The position numbers and the translations under genes were made by a program. Positions 22,991-35,386 of a stretch of DNA of 64,000 nucleotides are shown here, piece after piece. Location of the stretch: assembly GCA_051942205.1 (NCBI GenBank), contig JAVECO010000029.1:62001-126000 (forward strand), in the 5' to 3' direction. The DNA comes from Coniocarpon cinnabarinum (lineage: Eukaryota). Below the pieces are notes generated by a model. That model did not search any database, was not told the DNA's origin, and saw nothing but the letters and a program-made list of their open reading frames with translations. Numbering within the stretch: position 1 is the stretch's first letter; each line of letters opens with the position of its first letter.

Positions 22991-23831
22991 CCAAGAAAAG
23001 CTGCACCCCTGCTGCGACTTCGCCACGCTCCACGAGCTAGTCTGCCATCGTCAACCTCGCTCACTGGGCCGTCATCGGTGCTCAAAACGGATCACCTACC
23101 CGCGCTCACTTGCAGGAAAACGCCTCCTGCGATACCCGTTTGGGGAACTTAATAGGTACGCCGAATCCCATATACGTCAAGCTCAGACGTCTGTGCAAGT
23201 ACACACCCTTCATGCCACCCTCGTTTGGCCTCGTCCGGGGATTTCTTCCACCATACTCCAGAATCTGCATATCCTCGTCCCCTTGTCCGCCTCTTGCCAG
23301 AATTTCAATTCAACCCTTCGCCTCGCAAATCACACGTCAGACTCGAGCCATCACCATTGGTGGAACCAGTCGACGTAGGAACTTCGCGTACGCGCACACC
23401 ATTGGTCGATCCCTGATTTGGCCACACCCCAAGCGATTTCCTCCCCAGCGACGATCTTGTCAGCATTTCTGTCACCCGCACTTACTCCATCACTAGTGCC
23501 TTGCTACTTTGCCTACACCGCGTGTCCGGACCGTCTGGAGGCCCGTTGGAAGGCAACATCGTTACTGCGAAAATTTCCGGGAGCAGCGGCGAGGCGCCCA
23601 CCGTGCACGCTCCTCACGCTGAGACACCCACCCTCTCTCTGTCGCAACAGACGCCGTGCGCCTATTGAGGGTACATCGACTCCTCTTGAATCCGACACGA
23701 TAACGTGTTGCCGCATCGCGCGTCTGCCCAACGGAGCTCTCAATTGTCGTCTCGAATGGGCCGTTCCAAATCAATGCTTTCGCAAAATTCTATTTAAAAT
23801 TCAAGGACGACCTGCAGATTTGTGACTGAAG

Positions 23832-24007
23832 GTGAGTTGCCTGTCCTGAATTGTGCGTGTGACGGCGAAGCTGCCTTTGCGGGCGGGCCAGAGCGAGGGC
23901 ATCTTGGCTCCATCGGTATACTTAAGTGGGTCCTCAGGAGTCGCCGGAGGATGACAGGATTATCTTGCGTCGCAGACCTGACTGATTTTCTCTTCCTCAG
24001 CCTCTAG
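23832..24007 (+). other. Probable 5'-UTR intron of the Myb gene
   Basis: GTGAGT donor at 23832, CTGAC/CTGAT branch-like motifs, pyrimidine tract and CAG (24000) or TAG (24007) acceptor about 80 nt before the ATG. Confidence 0.55.
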
Positions 24008-24088
24008 GAATTCATTATCAGCGAATTCCAACTTGTCCATCTGTCTTGTCCCGAAATTTTTTTCGCGAGTCGAGACCTTTGCCAGCAG

Positions 24089-25671
24089 ATGAGCACGCTT
24101 GTTGCCAGACCCGTCGCCGTGGATATCAAATCGATTCTCAAGACGGAGGGCTCTTCTCCTTCACCAACTTCCTCAAGATCCCAGACTGGCCTCACAACTA
24201 CTCATGGTCGCATAACTCAGGCGCCACGTGCGCCATCGCCCGCAGGGCCTTCAGGGCCGCCAGTTTATCCGGTTTATCCACCCCCCGTTCGCGCTGGCCC
24301 GCCGCCTTTGCAACCCGCACCCGGATACGGAGCTCCTCCTCCTCCTGAAAACCCGTCAGGCCCCGCGTACTATCCGCACGGCTTTCACTCGGGACCCCCG
24401 ACCCATGGACCCTACGGCGAACCACCACCTCACACCATTCCTTTGAAACGACCTCCTTCTCGCGAATCTCATCCATTTGAACCTGCACCCAAAAAGCAGA
24501 GTAAATGGACCGAAGAAGAGGATGATCAACTCATCACTTTGCGCGGCGAGGGCATGAAATGGGAGGAAATTGCGAAGCACGTTCCTGGGCGGAGTGCCAT
24601 CGCATGCCGACTGCACTATCAGAATTTCCTGGAGAGGCGCGCGGCTTGGGATGAGGAGAAGAAAAACAAGCTTGCGCAACTGTACAATCGGTGAGTGGAT
24701 TGTTCGCGCTTCTGGATGAATTTACGCGTTGGCATCAGCAAGCCTCCACTTCATCACTTGGTAAACTCGACGAACTCTGCTGACCAGTGACCAGACTCAA
24801 AGGCGAAATCTGGGAGAAGATTTCGAGAGAGCTACACATGCCATGGCGCGCCGTCGAGGAAATGCATTGGCGTATGGGAAGAACAGAGCTTGCGCAAAGA
24901 GCGGGTGTAAGAGAATTTCTCGCGACTCCGGACCCAACTGGTGCATTCTCTACAACAGGCGTTCCCATCACTACTTCATTCATCCCTTCCGGTTCTTATC
25001 CCCCCGGGCAACCGCCCTATGTCTCATCGCCTCAAGCACTCGGTCCGCCGCTACCGCCACCTCAGCAAGGCTACAATTCACCCCTGCCACCGCCACCGTC
25101 GCATTTGCCTCCGGGTCCACCCCCTCCACCACCTCCTCAACAGTCACTGCCTCCTGTCAGTGACCCGAATCGACCACCGCCACCACCGCCGTACGTCTCG
25201 CGTCCTCACTCTCCTTCACACCGCTCACATCGAAGTGCGAGCTCCCACGCCTCCCCCCCCTTCATACCTTCTCATCGGCCTCAACGTTCCGGTTCAGATC
25301 AAGGCAGCCCGCGTCGTCGCGCCCTTGACGGAAGCCGTCTCACGAGTGCTAGCATGCCGCCTATACCATTTGACCCGCGCCGAGCACCGTCACCGCCACC
25401 GATGGGTCCATCATCGACCTTGCCACCCATCTCTTGCGAAATATCTGCACCACCTTCGGATGCTGCACCTGGTCCTACTTTACCACCCGTGCGATTGTTG
25501 CAAGAGGAGGTCCGAGAAAATTCAAGATATACGACACCGACGCATAGTGGACCGAGTGTTTCGGGATCGGGACCGAGCAGATCACATTCGACAGCGTCTA
25601 CAAGCCGTATGGGTACAGAAGTATTCAAATCCGATGGCGCTGCGAGCTCAGGGCCCGCCAACGGACGCTGA
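24089..25671 (+). CDS. Myb-like DNA-binding transcription factor, proline-rich; intron 24691-24794
   Basis: KWTEEEDDQLITLRGEGMKWEEIAKHVPGRSAIACRLHYQNFLE followed, after splicing, by RLKGEIWEKISRELHMPWRAVEEMHW. Confidence 0.88.
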
Positions 25672-27231
25672 CGTGCAGCTAATCCTGGAAATCTTGAGAT
25701 TTTGATTCATTCGCTTCGAGCGGCTGAAATTACTCAGACGCGGATAATTGCAGGGGGCCGTACCTCAAAGAAAACTCGAGCGCATCTGACAAATTCGACC
25801 GAGTGGTGATACTTTCAGCACATGTAGAGGCAGATGAGGCGAATTTGTGCACTCAGCGTGGCGCCTACGTGAGCCATCTCACGACATTCTACATAAGCAC
25901 AATGAAAACACTTCGAGCGCGAATAGCGCATCAAATTGGCAACCGGATTTTAAGCGATGGATGACGCATCAACTGTGTCTTCGCTCTAATTACTTCATCT
26001 GGGCACCTTTTCAGCTCACACGACCAGAATCATCGTGTGTCACACATCATTCAGCTGAATTTGCAAGCTCAGTAGCACATCATTCTGCCACCAATGGCTT
26101 TAGACATCTACTTTCTGCTGATTGACAGATTCTGTCAGACTGGATTTGCCGGATGAGTAGACGCGCTAGCGCGGCGATTCCGAGACTTTTGATGCGCGTA
26201 TTGCTGAGTGGCGTAACGGATGTCACATCGAGGTATCCTTGCATCTCATCTCAACTCATCTCATCCTCAGCTGCCAAGATTAACTACTTCAATCGACGTG
26301 CGACTGCCGAAGCTCAGTCTTGACGGCAGTTTCGAGATCGCGATTGCATGTGCGCACAGGGTCAGCCCACGGATCGGAAGCCTGCCATAGCTGGAAGTAT
26401 CAGCACCTGACATTCTACCGAAGAATTCGCGAGAATCAGGCCCCGATTCGAGAGACTCATTCTTGCGGAACCTGCTTTGTCACGTCCACATCCGGGCCGA
26501 TTGTGAACCTGGGCCAGAAGCGAACAAGTACAATGGATTGAAAGATGTCATTTTGTACTCGGCTCGCCCAATCGGATAGACACACAGGATCAATTGTACA
26601 GCATGTCAACGAGCACAGAAATAATAATCAACACCGATGTTCACGAAGCGCCACCACGAGCCGATCGTCCCACCAATTCGTTTTCTTATAGCCATCCATC
26701 AGCATCAGCCGCCATACCGGCTACGAGCCAGCCTATCGCATGGAAGAATCTACACTCGATTCCTTTCTCGGATCTCTCGGATATTCCATCCCAAATCCAC
26801 TCGGAGGCAACGACACATTATACGAATTTTCTTGCATTGTACTCTGGCCCACGCATTCACGCTCGCGAGATACCCCTTCATCACTCATGCCTTTTTTTGT
26901 ATCTCACTCATGCAGCCGTTTATGGTATATAGACATTAATTGAAATCGCCGCAAGGCGTTGTTCGCTTTCGTCATCGATATCGTCACTTTCCCTCTATCT
27001 GTCTATCTGTGTGTGTCTGTCTATGAATGAAATCATGCATCCATCTATAGAGCCATCCGTTTTCGAATTCCGAATCTCAAATACACATCGCATTCCGTGA
27101 GCCGCACGCAAGTCGGCACGTTTCAGACTGCTGCCGATCTCGAGCTAATGCATCAGGACCGAGTCAGCCCGTTTCATATACTCTGACGTTTATTTATTCT
27201 TTCGATTTCAACTTGCTTTATTAAACGGGAC

Positions 27232-27332
27232 GCATGCAGTGCTATGCAGTGCCGTGCTATGCAATGCAATGCAAGGCAAGGTAATGTCATGTCATGTTAT
27301 GTAATGCAAGGTAATGTCATGTAATGCAAGGC
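27232..27332. repeat. Degenerate pentamer repeat (GCAAT/GCAAG/GTAAT/GTCAT)
   Basis: About 20 consecutive 5-nt units visible in intergenic DNA. Confidence 0.8.
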
Positions 27333-27760
27333 AGGGACGGATGCAAAGGTGATCCCTCTTTTTGGGGATGAAAAGCGGATCAGGCTGAGTCGGCGACATG
27401 CAGCGCAGTGGTGTGCGGAGAAGGAGACGCACTGGCGGCTTGAGATGCGTTTCGAGTGGAGGGCGCGTCTTGAAGTGGGAGTGTCCGTTGACAGTCGGTC
27501 AGCGCAGGTGACTTGCATCTTTCCTTGCTTACATCTTCATCTATCCTCGTTCGAGGCTTCCGTTACGCAAGATGAATCTTACGGCTATGAAATAGACACG
27601 GACGGCTTAGTCCAGTCCTTGCGTGAGGTGCCTGACCCTCTCTGATGCAATGCTGTGGTTTAAATAGGATTGTTCTCTGTCCCCACTGTGGATCGAGCGG
27701 AATGGCACATAGAGAATGGGAAATAGGTCTAGTGATCGATTGAGAAGAGGAATGGCGGGT

Positions 27761-28785
27761 TCATGTCGGTTGCGCTCGCGCCATGATGCACCACCAGTTA
27801 TCGCGTTCATAGCCTGAATCCAACACGCGGCCACCGGCGCTCTGAACATCTGATTCTAGCTCGCCTCGTGCGTAGAGGTGATAGTATCGCTGATGAACCG
27901 TTTCCTCTTCCTCTTTCCCTTCATTTGCCTGTCCTTCTTCCCGCGCAGTTTGCTCGCGCCTCTCCAGCCCCTCGTCATCACTTTCTTTGCGCTTCATATC
28001 CTTGCTCTTCTCTTTCTTCCTCCTACCCTTTTCTTTTCCACGTGATGTAACCTCTCTATGATGTGTTGGCATTCCCCGTGATCGCATCACCCACGGTACC
28101 ATGACATCCTGCGCTCCTCCTTCTTTCCAGCCCCGTCGCGATGACTCCTGCTCCAGTGCCCAGACAAAGACAAGCGCCTTGCCGCCTTCCGCGTTAGTCG
28201 CACTCGGCGACCGGAGCAAGTGCAGTATTTCTGTTAGGCCTGCGATGCGACGAGATCGAGTGGAGAGATGATGCAACACTGCTATACTGATCGCGAAGTC
28301 AAAGCGAGCGTCCGGATGGGGAAGCGTGAGCGCGTCTGCTACGAGAACGTCTGCGATTCCAGCTGTTGCATCGTGCTTGACACGTGAAGTATTTCCAGTG
28401 TTCTCGTGAGTTGCGTTGGATGCGCGACTTGAGGGGTAGACGTGATTCTGTGCCGCGATTGAAACAAGAGGTGCAGATCGATCACTCCCAACGATCAAGA
28501 CGTCCGGGTTCGAAGAGAGGTATTTCCCATTGCCGCAACCGGCATCAATGCCGATGCTACCGGCTGGAAAGGATGACAGAAAGCGATGGGGTGTCGGCCA
28601 TGGCTTTTGGAGATGTTAGTCGAGTCCTCTACTCAGAGGTCGGGTAAGGTAGAGGCATGGGCGGTAGGGCAGATGTGGGAGACGCACACCTTGTATCGAG
28701 TGCTGCTGAAGTGTGGCGCAATCGTATCATAGACGCTGTGGACGTGGGCGTGCTCGTAGGATTCGGCATTATTGGAGGTGGTCAT
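27761..28785 (-). CDS. TRM9: tRNA wobble-uridine (mcm5U34) methyltransferase; intron 28604-28689
   Basis: YEHAHVHSVYDTIAPHFSSTRYK|PWP..IDAGCGNGKY; DFAISIAVLHHLST; VWALEQ; RYYHLY; DNWW. Confidence 0.93.
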
Positions 28786-31578
28786 TGGGATGTTGAGGTG
28801 TTGTTTGTGGCGCGAGTCGTATGGTGTGTTGGGGTGCTCGATGGTGTTCTTTTTGCTGACTTGGGATGTGTCCTAACAATATGAGTTGGCGAGATTCCAC
28901 GCTGCATCTCGGCAGTTTACTACACGCCCATAGAAGCACTTGACGAAGTAATTGAAAACCAAAGAGACGTCAAAAAGAAGCAGAAATGTAGATGCTCACG
29001 CTTGATGCACTGAGATTATGGCACGGTATTTGACAGGATCGAAGGTAGGTGGGAACACAGCCAGTAACGTGGACACCACCGGATTCCGATCAATCACACG
29101 AACGATCTTGCGTTTCCATGCTTGGTGCGCCTGCCAGATAGTCGTGTCCTCTGCATTGCCATTGGTTTGCTCTTTGTGATGGTCATCCGCGAGATCACTG
29201 CACTACGGACCCCCTGTGGAGTGGTTGAATCCTCCATTGGGGACCATGGGATCAAGAGGATCGTCATTAATGGGAATTTGCGCGCTTCTAGCTCGCTCGC
29301 GCTCTGCGCGATGTTCACGAAGCCGCTCGTGAAGGCGTTTGAAAAAATTGAGGATGGACATTATTGAGCTTTGCTTGTGCTAGCTTAAAGAGAGGAAGAG
29401 AGCTATTGTGCGACGGGCTTGCTCGCATAGATTGGTTTATTTTGAGTGAAGAGATGTAGGACCAGGCTCACGCATGGAAAATTGGTAGTGGCGTCTGAAA
29501 TAATCTGGTAGATCGAAACACGTTTCAGGACGCATAAAATACGAGATGCTGTGAGCGCGGGTCCAGTCCGTAACGAGTACGAACTACTATCTCGTATTTC
29601 CTCGGGTGCGATTATTGCGTGTTGCAAGCGTGGATACTGCTACGCATAGCACAAAGGCCTTCAGATTTATGGTGCGTGCCCTGAATCCTTTCGCTGCACA
29701 TTGCCGGCGTTTTGTCGTGCGGCATGGGCCGCCGCGAGGCCTCGTCCTCCTTCACTGGGATATGTGGGCTCGTAGGACCGCACGTGCCCGTTCCAAGCCT
29801 GGATTGGATCGTCAGGGTGCCTGTAGATCGTGCGTCTTTCTTGTTGAGCATGTTTGTACCGCGCATGGTATTTCTGAAACTGTTCTTTCATCTCGCGAAA
29901 GGGGTGCATCATGCTCTGCTAGTGCTAGAGAATGCGACTGCGAACGAAGACTGTGTTTTGTTTGGGAATTCTCTTTTCGGCAAGTTGCGGAGACCCAGCA
30001 TTATGTCTAGAAAGAGAAGTAATGGATTACTTAAGACTGGTGGATCTCGACAGTTTTCACGTCGTGTGGCACACGTCACAAGCGAGATTTTGATCCACAG
30101 CGGGATATGCTGACGGCCCGCATCATCTTTTGGGGCCAGTGTTTGGTCATCATTAGCGCTAGCTGTTGCAGCACAGAACGAGAAAGGAAATATGAGTAGG
30201 TCACTGATGCTTCAGGGGAAGGGAGAATAAGCTGCATTGCACGACACCGGAAAAGAATGCTTCTCTGTGGGAAGTAAGGCACGTTGCGAGCACGTAGACA
30301 GCCACTCCCAATGTGCGAGAGCAATGCGAGCTTAGCCACGAGCACATACTTGGAGAGGTCATTGTGAACCGAACGCTGAATGCGACACTGCGGCTCTGAC
30401 GAAGACAACGCGTCTTGCTGCCATGCACACAAGCGTGAGATGGCGAGACAATTGAACGCCAACCGTGAATCAGCAGAACCAGGCATAGTTGGCTTGAAAG
30501 ACTTCTCGTCCTTACCTTCATCTAAAGAAGACAATCGCGCAGCACTATGTAGCTAAGGATCTTACCTAGGGCTTGTTAGAGATCGCATCAACGTTTGCGC
30601 TTGATTGCAGAGAATCACGTGATCTAAAGTCGGCTGGCTTTGTCTTCACTGCCTAATTCCCCTGAAGAGCAGCGCATTGCTGCGATTGATTAGCTAGGCT
30701 TTGTTCTAACATCGGGCTGACGTTCACGTCGTCACACTCGGACATGTCGTGTTCGGTCAATTTTCTGATGGATTTTTGGGTAATGAAGCCTTCAGTGTAA
30801 GTGCAGTCATCTGATTCAATTACTCAGGTGCAGCAAATCTTTGGCACAATCAGCCCAAAATATGACCCATAATTTGTATGATGTTGAGAATATTGCGCTG
30901 CTGCCGGCGCTCTTTGACGAGTGTATCAATACAGAATTCGACGCTAGATTTGAGGATGGTATGGATGAGTAAGTCACGTGAGAAACCTGAAACATCTTTT
31001 GCCTGTCGGACTTGATTCCGGCACAAGCAAAAATGCCTCTCCAGCCCCCTTTCCCCTATCATGAAACCATCAATAGGAAACTTTAATATTCAACACAATA
31101 CGCGTTTGCCTTGCAAAGGGGTGGCAAACAGTGTGCCAAGGCAAAGGTTTGTTTCATGTCGGTGTTTCGTAATGATGCAAACCAGTACCGAATAGGCGTT
31201 TCTGGACTTCATTGGTCAAGGTGGATGTAAATCCCGCAGGTCAATGGCGACTCTCGCTATTGGAAGCAGCACAATAAGGACGTCACTACCGACTTCAATG
31301 GAGGCTGGTATGCGTGTGTTTCATGGACGTCGAAGAACGGCGATTGCTGAGCTGTAGTCTTTCTTTGTTCTCCTTTCCCTGGTCGTTTTCATCAATTTTC
31401 GTACTTTTCAACATCAGTTCGCTTAACTTCCATTCCTTGAGCAGCGTCTCAAAGTTCACATTCCAATTCTACGTTCAACACGTTGCAGTAGTTCGACCTT
31501 CTAAGCAGTGCGAAGTCTGTCGTCTCTCAACTATCCTCAGGGCAAAAGAGACAGGTTGATCCCCGACGTCCCGAAACG

Positions 31579-33534
31579 ATGGCAGCGCCAGCGGCTCATG
31601 ATGCAGAACCACCAACAGCGTCCAACAATAGACAGCAGGCTGCCTATATACATGATGGCTGGCTCAAGATAGTCTGGGGCCACGAGTTTGTCCAATTGTA
31701 CGTCGACAAACTTCAGACTAAAATTACCCGGTTCGACGTTTCCCCACATCCTTCGGGCGACGGATCGCAGATTGTCAAGGCACGGTGCCGCGTGTTCCCT
31801 TCCGAACAAGCAGTGAACGTCCCAGCGATGTGGCGCAAGCAAAGAGGGGTGGAGATCCCAGAAACACCTCCTACCAGCCCTTCTGTGTACGGAACTCCTG
31901 CTGAACACCCCACGACATCAGCGCTCCAAGCGCAGGCTGCAGGCGCGAAGCGACAACGACAATCTCGACGGAGCCCGCATGATAACGACATCCCGCAATT
32001 TGCTGGGACTGATGACGAGTCACCTTCTGGAATTGCAGGTTCGCAAGGAAGCAATGCAGGAAGCGGTGCTCAAGCCCCACCGGATTTAGACGTCGGCGAA
32101 TCCCAGCGAGACAACGATCAATCAGATCAGAGGGATCTTGGGCGCGGTGCGTCGGACTCAAGGAACGATCAGTTTGACAGCCCAGCACTTTCGGAGGCAG
32201 CACTTTCGGAGGCAGCACCACCACTAGACGACGAGGCCATTGTTTCCGGGCCAGCACCACCACCATCAGAAGACGAAGCAGTTGCTTCCGAGCCAGCACC
32301 ACCAGTCGACGAGGAAGTCGTTTCCGAGACAGCAGCTCCATCGGACGACGGAGAGGATGAGGAGATCATCAATGATCTTGTACCGACCTTCGTGGATCCT
32401 ATGCAAAGGTCCGCAGGGCTTCCCCAAATTGGACGCACCTCTTACAGGACGGTTTGCGTCCAGGCTATCGCACACTCGAGACAGATGAGGGAATACTTGG
32501 CGCAGTTGACTGGCTGGACAAGCCGGAATCGCACTGTCAGTGCTGAGCATGCGCAAGGCTTGCACGTCAAGAACGACAAGGAATGTTTTTCTTGCGCCTT
32601 GTCCAAGCTGATCGATATCATTTGGACCGATGTTGACGCCAGAGCGGCCAAGAAGACCATGGACAACTTTCACGCGGTCATACAACGCAACTATGAGCGC
32701 TGGGCCAAGGGGCAGAAACTCGACACTGCTGGCGACTGGCAGACGTCCAACAACGCACAGCTTGACGCAGCGACGGCGATGTCATGGTTTCTCAATACTC
32801 TCAACCGAGAGCAACAGGCCCTGACGCCAACGCGTGCAAGTGGAATAAGCTTCTCTACAACAATTGAATGCACCACAACGTGCGGATCCGACGACTGTGG
32901 AGCCCAGCATACGGAGCAGCAGCCAGAGACAAACGTCCTAAAGATTGAGGTCCCGCAAGGTTGCACAACCTTGCAAGCAGCAGTGGACGCGAACATGGAT
33001 TCGCAGCAAGCAGGACCCTGCAACAGCAGCGATAGCGATCACACACAGGCCGACCAGCATAGCCGCAAAAGAATCGTCGAAGCCCCAGACTTCCTGGCAA
33101 TCCACCTCAGAGAAGCCGGCTACAGTCCTTTGAACACTATTCAAGGATTCAACCTCAGTTGGCCCACGTCCAATGTGGACTTTTCAGCTTACACAAAAGC
33201 TGAATCCCGGGCTGCCGTCTACGACCTGATCGCGGTCGTGAGCTACACTGGAGACCTTGCTGAGGAGGGCCACTATATCATACAGGCCAATGGTCCGGGT
33301 GGCGCACAGTGGCATGAGGACAACTGGGGCGGACCATTTTGGTCAGGGGAGTCGCAGGTGCTGCCAAACTCGTCAGATGAGCTTCAAGATCGCAAGCAGA
33401 ATCGGGCTCAAGTTCACATGCTGATCTACGAGCGGCAACAGCCACCAACGGTCCAGCAAACCACCGATGGCACGACTTCAGCGGCTCAGGGCTCGCAGGA
33501 AAAACCTTCCAAAAAGAGGAAACGAGACCCATAG
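31579..33534 (+). CDS. USP (peptidase C19)-fold protein with Cys-to-Ser at the catalytic position
   Basis: Cys-box-like GLPQIGRTSYRTVCVQAIAHS, CFSC, QLDA, APDFLAIHL, YDLIAVVSYTG..GHY His box; acidic disordered N-terminus. Confidence 0.7.
   Translation: MAAPAAHDAEPPTASNNRQQAAYIHDGWLKIVWGHEFVQLYVDKLQTKITRFDVSPHPSGDGSQIVKARCRVFPSEQAVNVPAMWRKQRGVEIPETPPTSPSVYGTPAEHPTTSALQAQAAGAKRQRQSRRSPHDNDIPQFAGTDDESPSGIAGSQGSNAGSGAQAPPDLDVGESQRDNDQSDQRDLGRGASDSRNDQFDSPALSEAALSEAAPPLDDEAIVSGPAPPPSEDEAVASEPAPPVDEEVVSETAAPSDDGEDEEIINDLVPTFVDPMQRSAGLPQIGRTSYRTVCVQAIAHSRQMREYLAQLTGWTSRNRTVSAEHAQGLHVKNDKECFSCALSKLIDIIWTDVDARAAKKTMDNFHAVIQRNYERWAKGQKLDTAGDWQTSNNAQLDAATAMSWFLNTLNREQQALTPTRASGISFSTTIECTTTCGSDDCGAQHTEQQPETNVLKIEVPQGCTTLQAAVDANMDSQQAGPCNSSDSDHTQADQHSRKRIVEAPDFLAIHLREAGYSPLNTIQGFNLSWPTSNVDFSAYTKAESRAAVYDLIAVVSYTGDLAEEGHYIIQANGPGGAQWHEDNWGGPFWSGESQVLPNSSDELQDRKQNRAQVHMLIYERQQPPTVQQTTDGTTSAAQGSQEKPSKKRKRDP
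32185..32350 (+). repeat. Coding tandem repeats in the pseudo-USP N-terminus
   Basis: GCACTTTCGGAGGCA duplicated, then about four degenerate APPxDxExxxSxP units. Confidence 0.7.
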
Positions 33535-34177
33535 GACGAAGGAACTTTGGATGAGTGACACGCAATTTCAAATTTAACCTCAATTGGTCTTGGTGAGTTT
33601 GGAGGGAAATGATTGCACATAGAATCGATTTGTACAACGTAGATGAAGACGCCCCAATTGTGCTTTGAGTACCTGACTTGTCTTCACTCATCTTGGCCGC
33701 CTTGAAGCTTAGTTCCTTCTCCGACATGAGTGTTCTTCTCGAAACTCTGCATTGGATTACAAATCATGCGGTCATGCTTGGTCAGTCCACTACTTTCCGT
33801 GAACCAGTATATCTTGGCACAGCTTGATGCACAGGAACCTGACCATATCACCTCTCGAGGAATATGGATGCGCATTATCAGCCTTACAACAATGTTCCAT
33901 GTATCTCACAATCTAATTCCTCGAGGTCAAGCGTTTTGGGTCTTGATTGGGTTCTCTTTGTCTGTTCTTTGTCTTCACCGATGTGTAAGTAGTGCGGTGT
34001 CTGGTAACACTCATGGCAACTTGCAGAGGTAAAGTTTGAGTATGCAGCGTTTGCCTTCCACCTCAACTCGCAAAGTGCTACATAATCATTCACTGGTCGC
34101 GCATGTTTTCTGCTTGACTTCTTTCAAACCACATCTACTTAAAACGTCTTTCAAATCACACCTACTTACAACACGAC

Positions 34178-35386
34178 ATGGCAAGCAAAAGGGGCCTTGA
34201 AGATGTTGACGAAAGCTCGAACAAAATTGTGCACTATGAGTCTACAAAGGTTTATAGCCTAGTCAATGCCGCCAGTCGCGATGATGTGGCTGGGTTCCAT
34301 ATGATATTAGGCGACCTTAAAAGTTGCAGCCGCACGATCACGACTGTTGTGGACGGAACCGCATTCAAGACTGTCGAGGAGACAGTGGTCAGAGCCGTCA
34401 CTGAATCGAACAACGCCAGCGCTACTTCGGCAAAGGCTGATGCACAAGAAAACCATGAGCAAGGGTGTGTGATGGACGCCACTCCCCAGCCTTTGGGCTA
34501 TGACTTGCATCAGGTGATTATTGGTGTACTTAATGGCATACCACAGTTCAAGCAACTTGTGGATGAGCATCCTCTATCAAACTGCGACGAAGATGTTTGT
34601 TTGATCTGCAAGTTCGGGAAATCTAGCTCAAAAGCAACCATGAATGGACAAAAATATGCGTCCAAGCAGCCCGAGCGCAACTATCCCGGCACATCATCTG
34701 CACTGAACAAGGTACTGGCATCATTTGGAACAACAGACCCAGTCGAAATCATCCACCGCGTCCTCGGGTTGGTCAATCATCAATCAACCATTTTCAACTC
34801 TAACCCGAATTGCATCAATCAAACTTTTGGAATGGAGTATGAGCAGCTGTGGTGGTGCAAAAAGTGCGGTAGTGCTACTTCCAGCGGTGTCCAGAGATCT
34901 TATGTGCTCACACTCCATGCTCCTAGAGGTGTAGGGAAAAACATGACACTCCAAGATCGGTGGCGTTACACATTTTTGGCCGACCAAGAAAAGCGGTGTG
35001 GAAAGTGCCGAATGAAATGTCCGCACTCAAGACGGGTGGACCTTCTGAAGGCGCCAGAAGTGTTGTTGATGACTTGGGCGGAAACCTCCATGGCAAGCTC
35101 TATTCCGCCAAGTTTCCATCATGAAGAGGACCGTGAGAAAGAGGTTGTCAATCATTTCGAGCTCCCGGGAAGCATGTCCACCACACGAAGAACTTATTTG
35201 CTGGACACCTTCCTGTGTGAGGAAGAAAGCACGATCGGCACCGACGCAAGTTTTTCAATCTTGCAGACGGGGCTTCGTAGCAAGACGCCGACACTGAAAG
35301 AGGATTCCTTCCAACCAGGAACACAAATTCATCTCGGCGTCTATTTCGATGCGAAGGAGTCTGAGACGACCAATCATGGAGCATAA
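34178..35386 (+). CDS. Highly degenerate USP-fold protein, no recognisable catalytic Cys or His
   Basis: 402-aa ORF with IPQFKQLV, CLIC, INQTFG..CKKCG, CGKC, KAPEVLLM in the order expected for the USP fingers region. Confidence 0.55.
   Translation: MASKRGLEDVDESSNKIVHYESTKVYSLVNAASRDDVAGFHMILGDLKSCSRTITTVVDGTAFKTVEETVVRAVTESNNASATSAKADAQENHEQGCVMDATPQPLGYDLHQVIIGVLNGIPQFKQLVDEHPLSNCDEDVCLICKFGKSSSKATMNGQKYASKQPERNYPGTSSALNKVLASFGTTDPVEIIHRVLGLVNHQSTIFNSNPNCINQTFGMEYEQLWWCKKCGSATSSGVQRSYVLTLHAPRGVGKNMTLQDRWRYTFLADQEKRCGKCRMKCPHSRRVDLLKAPEVLLMTWAETSMASSIPPSFHHEEDREKEVVNHFELPGSMSTTRRTYLLDTFLCEEESTIGTDASFSILQTGLRSKTPTLKEDSFQPGTQIHLGVYFDAKESETTNHGA

Noticed and set aside
19500..23800. Many overlapping 60-250 aa ORFs
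   Set aside because: GC-rich low-complexity intergenic sequence; no domains or consistent exon structure.
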